From IMG/VR virus record IMGVR_UViG_3300023199_000204, positions 62,001-126,000 of that record: 64,000 nucleotides of DNA, one strand, 5' to 3'. Both the position numbers and the translations under genes were made by a program. The notes beneath the pieces are model-generated. The model saw only the letters and a program-made list of their open reading frames with translations, had not been told where the DNA came from and did not search any database. Of this stretch, positions 57,955 through 64,000 are shown one piece after another; the stretch's first letter is position 1, and each line of letters starts with the position of its first letter.

Positions 57955-59490
57955 ATGTTAATTAAAATTATAGTCAATAATATATCTTCAAAGCTTCAGG
58001 GCATTGACGACATTGATGTTGTTGATACCCTTGATCGTATTATGAGTTATTATGTTGAAGGATATAGATTTACTAAAGCTTTTAGAGAGGGCTGGTATGA
58101 TAAGAAAAAAGGCAAATGGATTACTTGGGACGGAAAAAAACATCTATTAACAAGAAAGCTAGAATTTCCAACGGGATTGCTACAAACTGTATTTGATTAT
58201 TTAGATAAACTAAAAGTTAAATATGAAATAATAGATAATCGCCCAGAAATTAAATTAGGAAAGCCTATAAAAACAAAAAAATATAAACCAAGAGAATATC
58301 AGCAAGAAGCGGTAGACACATTTTTTAAAAAGGGAAGGGGAATAATAAGAATTGGAACCGGAGGAGGCAAGAGCTTTGTATCGGCTATGATTGCCGCCAA
58401 GTATAATATTCCAACTATGATATATGTTATTGGTAAAGATCTGCTTTATCAATTTCATAGAGAGCTGTCTGAATGCTTACCAGTTAAAATAGGTATAATC
58501 GGCGATGGACAATGTGACGTGAGAAAGATTAATATATGTTCTGTTTGGACTGCTATTACTTCATTTAATATAAATAGTAAAGAAATATCAATTGGGGATG
58601 AAGATTGGGCTCCTGAAATATTACCTCCAACCAATGTTCAAAAAATTAAAATTAAAAAAGCAATAGAAAATACTAACTTGGCTATCTATGATGAAGCTCA
58701 GTATTTAGCTACTGAAACTATTCAATCTATATTTAAAGCCAGCAAAAATTGTAGATATATTGCTGGTTTGACCGGCACAGATTGGCGAGACGATGGTGCT
58801 GATTTATTATTAGAAAGTATTTGTGGTCAGCGTATATATAATATGCCTTCATCTGAACTAATTAAAAGAGGATATTTAGTTAAGCCTAAAATTACTATGT
58901 TAGAAGTTCCTCCTTATCCAGAGAATCTACCTCGGCATTATGGGTCCGTTTATAGCAAGTATATTTCAAACAACGATGATAGAAATAATTTAATAATTTC
59001 GGCAGCTTTTAAGTTAATAGAGAAAGGGAGAAAAGTATTAATTCTTGTTAGACACTTATCTCACGGAAAACTTTTAATGAAAAAACTTAAAGACCTTTCA
59101 ACTTATTTTATTAATGGTTTAGTTGAGGGTCAAGAGCGTGAGGAGATTAAGCAAGAATTTATTGATGGTCATATTGAGTGTATTGTTGCATCAAGTGTAT
59201 TTGATCAGGGAGTTGATTTACCTCCATTGGACGCTTTAATTTTGGCCTGCGCTGGCCGGTCATCTGTCCGAACTCTTCAAAGAATAGGACGAGTAATTAG
59301 ATCTTATCCAGGTAAGAAAGACGCAATTGTTGTTGATTTTATAGATAATGCTAGATATTTAGATAAGCATTCTGCTACGAGAGTATCTATCTATGAAACG
59401 GAACCAGAGTTTCACATCAAGTTTCCTAAAGGTTTTGATGATTCAACTTTAAAGAGAGATAAAAAAATCGCAAAAAAAATTAGTAAATAA
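57955..59490 (+). CDS. SF2 DExD/H helicase (UvsW/XPB-like)
   Basis: PREYQ, GTGGGKS, IYDEAQ, LTGT, FDQGVD, QRIGRVIR. Confidence 0.92.
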   Translation: MLIKIIVNNISSKLQGIDDIDVVDTLDRIMSYYVEGYRFTKAFREGWYDKKKGKWITWDGKKHLLTRKLEFPTGLLQTVFDYLDKLKVKYEIIDNRPEIKLGKPIKTKKYKPREYQQEAVDTFFKKGRGIIRIGTGGGKSFVSAMIAAKYNIPTMIYVIGKDLLYQFHRELSECLPVKIGIIGDGQCDVRKINICSVWTAITSFNINSKEISIGDEDWAPEILPPTNVQKIKIKKAIENTNLAIYDEAQYLATETIQSIFKASKNCRYIAGLTGTDWRDDGADLLLESICGQRIYNMPSSELIKRGYLVKPKITMLEVPPYPENLPRHYGSVYSKYISNNDDRNNLIISAAFKLIEKGRKVLILVRHLSHGKLLMKKLKDLSTYFINGLVEGQEREEIKQEFIDGHIECIVASSVFDQGVDLPPLDALILACAGRSSVRTLQRIGRVIRSYPGKKDAIVVDFIDNARYLDKHSATRVSIYETEPEFHIKFPKGFDDSTLKRDKKIAKKISK

Positions 59491-59665
59491 TCCACAAGAT
59501 TTGCGCAATTTCGATTTCCAACAATAAAAATTTTCTTGAAATTTCGGCAGGTTAGGGCGAACTGTCGAAGTGCTGAAAAAATCTGACTGAAATGAAGAAA
59601 ATCGAGTCGCTGCCGCCACCGATCCGCCATTTTAGGGGCAGAGGTGCGTCTATATGAGGTGATAG
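59491..59665. other. GC-richer non-coding gap with hairpin and palindromes (regulatory or origin candidate)
   Basis: TTGCGCAA at 59501; hairpin TTCGGCAG..CTGTCGAA at 59543-59569; CCGCCA twice; one near-DnaA box TAATCCACA at 59488. Confidence 0.35.
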
Positions 59666-59833
59666 ATGAAAAGAGTATATAAATGGGATAAGAAGATTAA
59701 CAAGCTCATAGAGGTTAAAAAAGAATGGAAGGGATGGGAGTGTTATGAAGTAATAGGATTTACTATACTTAATTATAGATTGGAAGAAAATGATGGTTAT
59801 GATAAAGAGGAGATATGGCTAGAAAGAAAGTGA
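59666..59833 (+). CDS. Small hypothetical protein (55 aa), below ORF-track cut-off
   Basis: GAGGTG RBS; MKRVYKWDKK...EIWLERK*. Confidence 0.6.
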   Translation: MKRVYKWDKKINKLIEVKKEWKGWECYEVIGFTILNYRLEENDGYDKEEIWLERK

Positions 59834-60516
59834 TTAAGTGTAAAGTATGTAACATAAACAAAGAAGTTGTTTTTAAAGGGGACGGGGTTCAATACCCCGT
59901 TTTTTCTTGTCCAAAGTGCGGTGATGAAAAAAATGATTGGCAAAAATGGTGGGAGGAATATAAGGATAGGTTTAAAGACCCCGAAAATTGGAAGAAGAAA
60001 AAAGAACTTTTGGCGTGTGTGGTAGGATATTTTTGTTACAAATATAAAGAGTTTTACGGGTTTAACTATACTTTTACATATACAAACCCAGTTCCTTATA
60101 CAAGTAAAGATTTTACTATGGGTAGAAGATTAATAACTATGTTTGAGAATGATGGACCTGCTATTAAAAATTATATTAAATGGATATTCGCAAAGAAAGT
60201 CCGACCTAGTTATAGCATAACAAGCTTGGGATTTTTTACTGTGGCTAATTTGGTGAATGAATATAAGGCGGCACGAGCAAGGGCTAAGATATTGAAAAGG
60301 TCCTCTCCTCTGCCGAAAGAGTTTTTAAATTGGTGCAAGGAAAATCACAATGAGGTGTTTGATTCACATCATTTGGAAAATTGGAATGATTTAAACAGAT
60401 TGGTTAAGTTCGTTAATCAATATGGGATTAACTGCTTGGAAGGAAATATTGTAATGGAGGCGGTTAATAGAAAAATGCTTCCAACAGGACCTAAAATGAG
60501 AGAGTTGGAGAATTAA
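59815..60516 (+). CDS. Hypothetical protein with N-terminal zinc ribbon, replication module
   Basis: GAGGAG RBS; CKVC-x16-CPKC. Confidence 0.65.
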   Translation: MARKKVIKCKVCNINKEVVFKGDGVQYPVFSCPKCGDEKNDWQKWWEEYKDRFKDPENWKKKKELLACVVGYFCYKYKEFYGFNYTFTYTNPVPYTSKDFTMGRRLITMFENDGPAIKNYIKWIFAKKVRPSYSITSLGFFTVANLVNEYKAARARAKILKRSSPLPKEFLNWCKENHNEVFDSHHLENWNDLNRLVKFVNQYGINCLEGNIVMEAVNRKMLPTGPKMRELEN

Positions 60517-60929
60517 TGGATTATAATAGAAAACAAGGTGCCGTAATAACAAAAAATGGTAATATTGCAGAAGGATTTATAGAAGTATCATCTGACGAAT
60601 ATATAACAGTTATAGATAAAAATAATGATTTATATGTTATTCCAATAGATAATATGGATATGATTAAAATTCCAAATGGTGCTATTATAAATAGAAAAGA
60701 AGAAGCTCCTGATTTAAGAGATATTATTGAAAGAAGATCGTATCAACCAGCTTATGATAATAGGTTCGAATATCGCAAAGGATATAAAATCCCCATAAAA
60801 AAAGAGCCTGAGCAACCTATAGAGGAGTTGGACGATAATGGATTTGCTATAAATATGGATGGGAAGGCAATTGATGAAGGAAATGTGGGATATGAGTATC
60901 CAGATTTTAGAAAAATGGGAGAAAAATAA
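60516..60929 (+). CDS. Hypothetical protein, possible Sm/LSm-like N-terminal fold
   Basis: VITKNG..EGFI...DEYITV......YVIPIDNMDMI. Confidence 0.5.
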   Translation: MDYNRKQGAVITKNGNIAEGFIEVSSDEYITVIDKNNDLYVIPIDNMDMIKIPNGAIINRKEEAPDLRDIIERRSYQPAYDNRFEYRKGYKIPIKKEPEQPIEELDDNGFAINMDGKAIDEGNVGYEYPDFRKMGEK

Positions 60930-61395
60930 TTGATAGGCCAACTTGTTATGAAGATTTAAACAATATACAAAAGGCTATTGCCGCATTGGAAAACTTCAAA
61001 TATAAAGTTATAAATTTTTGCGGATGCGGAAATGTTGATGAGGTAATATATGATTATTTAGTTCCAATTTTAAAACAGTTTAAAGGGGAGTCAATCATTC
61101 CCAAAATATGAAGAGTTGGATAAAATGTTTATCCTATATGTTTTAGATTCTTGGGAATTATTAGAGCACGGAACAACAGTTAGGTGTTCCTGGCTTTCTC
61201 CCGAGGGAAAGGCTTTACTTCATTTATTAGACAGATGTAAAGATTTAAATTTTGAAAAGGAAACTGGCTTTAGTGAAGGAAACTGGCTTTAGTGAAGAAA
61301 ACTGGAATTATAAAGGAGAAAGTATTGATATAATGATTGGATTATGTGGAGAATTTAAAAAATACGTTAAAGAGTATTGTAAGGCGAACAAATGA
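60929..61395 (+). pseudogene. Broken gene: ATT at the start position, +1 shift near 61095, 19-bp duplication at 61258-61295
   Basis: Pieces join into IDRPTCYEDL..FCGCGN..LLEHGTTVRCSWLSPEGK..ETGFSEENWNYK..KANK*, whose TGA overlaps ATG 61392. Confidence 0.7.
61258..61295. repeat. 19-bp perfect tandem duplication (AGGAAACTGGCTTTAGTGA x2)
   Basis: Directly visible; followed by a degenerate third start AGAAAACTGG. Confidence 0.95.
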
Positions 61396-62069
61396 TAAGT
61401 GCTAAAAAAACAATTCTTGAAAAAGATAAGATTATCAAAGAATGTAAAAGCTGTGGTGGGATAGGATGCGGCATATGTTATTCTCACTGTGCTTATATAG
61501 ATAAATTAGCAGAGGCGGACATTCCCGTTGATTATTGGTTTAGAAAAATGGATGATTTTTATGGAGACCAAAAGTTTAAAGAATTTGTGCGTTTATATAA
61601 TGAAAATATATTAGATAATTATATGGAAGGAAAGTCTTTAAGATTTGTTGGTCATAGGGGAGCTGGCAAAACAATGGGAGCTTGTGCCATATTAAAACAG
61701 GCAGTAATTTATGATTATACAATACACTATACAACATTGGTTGAAGCAGTTACTAAACTAATGTCTCCAGAATCTTATTATTTTAGAAAGAAGATTAAAC
61801 AGTGCGATTTTATGGTTATTGATGAAGTAGACCAAAGATTTTTTCCTTCACCAGGCTCACAAGAGTTGTATGGAAATCATTATGAAAACATAATTAGAAC
61901 TAGACTTCAGAATAAACTTCCTACTATAATGTGTTCAAACGAAGAAGACGTGGATAAAATATTTGCTGGTGAATTTAGAATATCATCTAAATCTTTAGAT
62001 GCGCAGTTTGTAAAAACTATCACGGTTTTTGGAAAAGATGCGAGAGAGGGGAAAGAGAAACTTAAATGA
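61392..62069 (+). CDS. DnaC/IstB-like AAA+ ATPase (helicase loader)
   Basis: N-terminal Cys cluster CKSCGGIGCGIC; Walker A GHRGAGKT; Walker B FMVIDE; IMCSN; directly upstream of DnaB. Confidence 0.88.
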   Translation: MISAKKTILEKDKIIKECKSCGGIGCGICYSHCAYIDKLAEADIPVDYWFRKMDDFYGDQKFKEFVRLYNENILDNYMEGKSLRFVGHRGAGKTMGACAILKQAVIYDYTIHYTTLVEAVTKLMSPESYYFRKKIKQCDFMVIDEVDQRFFPSPGSQELYGNHYENIIRTRLQNKLPTIMCSNEEDVDKIFAGEFRISSKSLDAQFVKTITVFGKDAREGKEKLK

Positions 62070-63445
62070 ATCTTGATACAAAAATTTTAGCATACTGTCT
62101 TTATGAAAAAAGACTATTGATAAGCGTAGAACAAGAAATTACAGCAGATTTCTTTCATCCGGATTATCAAGTGTTTTATAAGCTTTTAGTAAGTTGTTAT
62201 AAAAACTACCAAGAAATTCCAACACCTAGAGTTATGATGGAGCAGGCGGGAGCAGTGTGGATTCCTGAACATGATAAAATCTATTCAAGCTCCTTGGAAT
62301 TAGAAGTTGATCCAAAGGAACTTCCTCACGATTTAAAAGAATTTAAGAGGAGATTTAACAAAAATCTGCTTCTTAAAACTGGATCTAAAGTATTTAAAGA
62401 AAACTGGGACGGCAATGAATTTTCCTCTCTTGAAGAGGCAAACAAAATATTAAAAAATCTAATTGTTGAAATAGATAATATTTATAAAAGTAAAATATAT
62501 AAAGAAGGAACTTTATCAGAAACAGTAGATGATGCTTGGGATTCTTTTAGAAAAGTTAGAGATGATCCAGATTCAGCTAAAGGCTTACATGTTGGGTTTG
62601 AAACGTTTGATAGAATTTCTAATGGGATAAGACCAGCAGAGCTTGTATTGATTGGTGGAGAGTCTGGTTCGGGAAAGTCTGCGTTGTCAATGAATATGGC
62701 AGTTAATGCTTGGAAAGGAAATAATATAATTCCTCACGATCCAGAACTTGTGGGAGAGTTTATAGAGGGCGGCGCCAATATTATTTACTTTACAATTGAG
62801 ATGCCGTTTAAAGTTTTGAGAAGGCGGCTAGATGCTTGTATTTCTGGAGTCCCTTTATATGGAATAAGAGATGGAAGTCTAGATGAGAATGAAATTCAAA
62901 GATTCAAAGCAGGTCTTAAATTTCAGGAAGAGTATGGAAAACAATTTCACATTGTAGATGTTCCTAGGGGCTGTACTGTTCATCAAATAGAGAGCAAATA
63001 TCTAGAAAAATGTCATGAATTTCAGCCTGATCTTATTGTTGTTGATTATATAAGTCTTATGACTTCTGACAAGGATGAAGGGTCGGATTGGCTTAGTCTG
63101 GGAAGATTAGCGGAGCAAATGCACGAGTTTTGTAGAACTTATAATGTTCCAGTAATATCACCAGTTCAGCTTAATAGACCTCCTAGAAACGGTCACACAA
63201 AACCCGACCAGCACAGGGTTGGAAGAAGTAGTATGTTGCCTCAGAATGCCAATATGTTATTGGCAATAGAAACAAGGCCAGAGGAGGAAACAAGAAGAGA
63301 TATGCTTGTAAGATGGGTAAAGAACAGAGATGGAGAACAAACTTCTTTTATATTACACAAACAACTTAATGTAATGAGAATATTTGATAGTGTTCCTGGA
63401 TGGGAACCGAATATACACGATGGGTATGAAGAAATAAATGTATGA
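62066..63445 (+). CDS. dnaB: Replicative DNA helicase
   Basis: GFETFD..GI.P.ELVLIGGESGSGKS, FTIEM, IVVDYISLM, QLNR, KNRDG. Confidence 0.93.
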   Translation: MNLDTKILAYCLYEKRLLISVEQEITADFFHPDYQVFYKLLVSCYKNYQEIPTPRVMMEQAGAVWIPEHDKIYSSSLELEVDPKELPHDLKEFKRRFNKNLLLKTGSKVFKENWDGNEFSSLEEANKILKNLIVEIDNIYKSKIYKEGTLSETVDDAWDSFRKVRDDPDSAKGLHVGFETFDRISNGIRPAELVLIGGESGSGKSALSMNMAVNAWKGNNIIPHDPELVGEFIEGGANIIYFTIEMPFKVLRRRLDACISGVPLYGIRDGSLDENEIQRFKAGLKFQEEYGKQFHIVDVPRGCTVHQIESKYLEKCHEFQPDLIVVDYISLMTSDKDEGSDWLSLGRLAEQMHEFCRTYNVPVISPVQLNRPPRNGHTKPDQHRVGRSSMLPQNANMLLAIETRPEEETRRDMLVRWVKNRDGEQTSFILHKQLNVMRIFDSVPGWEPNIHDGYEEINV

Positions 63446-63617
63446 TATAGAAATAGCATATTTAAAGAATGTAATATATGATGATAAAACAGGGCAATTA
63501 TATTTGAAAATGGAAGTAACTGATCCCGTTTGGAAACAAAAAATACTACATAAATGGCAAGAGTTAGATATTAAAATTGTCATTGAGAATAAGGAGAAAA
63601 GTGATGCCGATATATGA
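63438..63617 (+). CDS. Small hypothetical protein (59 aa), below ORF-track cut-off
   Basis: MYDIEIAYLKNVIYDD...SDADI*; fills the gap between dnaB and the FmdB-like gene. Confidence 0.55.
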   Translation: MYDIEIAYLKNVIYDDKTGQLYLKMEVTDPVWKQKILHKWQELDIKIVIENKEKSDADI

Positions 63618-63894
63618 TTATATTTGCCTCAATTGTAAATATGAATTTTCAGTTATAAAAAAAGTTGATAAAGATGGAAATTCTATAAGTAGAACAAGTT
63701 GTAGCAAATGTGATGGGTTTGATTTAAAAAAAAAGCTTACCAGTTGCGGAGTTAGAGTAGATTATAAAGATTCTAAAGAAATGTATGAAAGGGTTATAAA
63801 GCCAGATGCTAAAAAAATAGCAGATAAAATTCGTGCTGGAGACGAGGACGCCGCTGCCGATGTTTTTGGAGAAGATAAAGTATTTGGAAGTTGA
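63604..63894 (+). CDS. FmdB-family zinc-ribbon protein
   Basis: AAGGAG RBS; MPIYDYICLNCKYEF...CSKC. Confidence 0.85.
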   Translation: MPIYDYICLNCKYEFSVIKKVDKDGNSISRTSCSKCDGFDLKKKLTSCGVRVDYKDSKEMYERVIKPDAKKIADKIRAGDEDAAADVFGEDKVFGS

Positions 63895-63924
63895 TTAGTA
63901 AGTAAAAATTAGGAGAAAGAAAGT

Positions 63925-64000
63925 ATGACTAAAATCAAAAATTCTGGGTCAAAAGGGGTGAATGAAGTGAAAGAAAGTGAAGTAGAAAAAAGCATTTTCG
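63925..64000 (+). CDS. Partial ORF running off the window
   Basis: AGGAG RBS; MTKIKNSGSKG... open to the window end. Confidence 0.5.
   Translation, partial: MTKIKNSGSKGVNEVKESEVEKSIF

Noticed and set aside
59491-59665. tRNA gene in the intergenic gaps (also 20755-20960)
   Set aside because: TTCGA-like strings occur, but I could not build an acceptor stem or cloverleaf.
1733-61295. CRISPR array or DGR template/variable repeat
   Set aside because: The repeats are spacer-less tandem copies or protein-coding units; no cas gene, reverse transcriptase or adenine-specific repeat pair was seen.
11-63583. Minus-strand and nested short ORFs from the six-frame track
   Set aside because: All overlap longer + strand genes with recognisable motifs, lack RBSs and read as antisense shadows.
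1-64000. Stop-codon reassignment (code 15, 4 or 6) suggested by the in-frame TAA/TGA codons
   Set aside because: TAA, TGA and TAG all end genes exactly where the next gene starts (e.g. TAG at 5462, 15989, 54493), and multi-kb ORFs are intact in code 11.

Overview
AT-rich, fully +-strand, tightly translationally coupled segment that reads as part of a very large contractile-tailed phage (jumbo/huge myovirus). It uses the standard code, with TAA, TAG and TGA all acting as stops. There are three blocks. (1) 1-20.75 kb holds baseplate/tail genes: a hub/spike-like protein, gp25, baseplate J, a 2278-aa wedge protein with LamG-like regions, a dockerin-bearing protein and two paralogous fibre proteins, ending in an intrinsic terminator. 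(2) 22.8-54.5 kb is a ~32 kb glycan-building island: about 10 glycosyltransferases (GT4x2, GT2, GT47-like, GT29 sialyltransferase-like, CgeB-like), RmlA/RmlB/DegT, Gmd/Fcl, NeuA/NeuB, a GmhA-like SIS protein and several methyltransferases, with no flippase, polymerase or export genes. (3) 55.4-64 kb holds a tubulin/FtsZ-family GTPase, an SF2 helicase, a DnaC-like loader and DnaB. Eight homing-type endonuclease genes or remnants (2 LAGLIDADG, 3 Zn-repeat HNH, 3 zinc-ribbon-repeat Vsr-like) sit between genes. The most striking pattern not explained by these annotations is a D-G-Y (D-[G/A/S/N]-Y) tripeptide. It is strongly enriched in six virion proteins (about 20 DGY in ~5,600 aa by manual count) and almost absent from non-virion proteins. 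Next to the glycan island, this suggests a phage-encoded, sequon-directed virion glycosylation system, possibly Tyr-linked. The nonulosonic-acid ('sialylation') genes form a 7.2 kb cassette bounded by a 57-bp direct repeat, with their own copy of a putative phage promoter motif. All family assignments come from motif recognition by eye; no searches were run.
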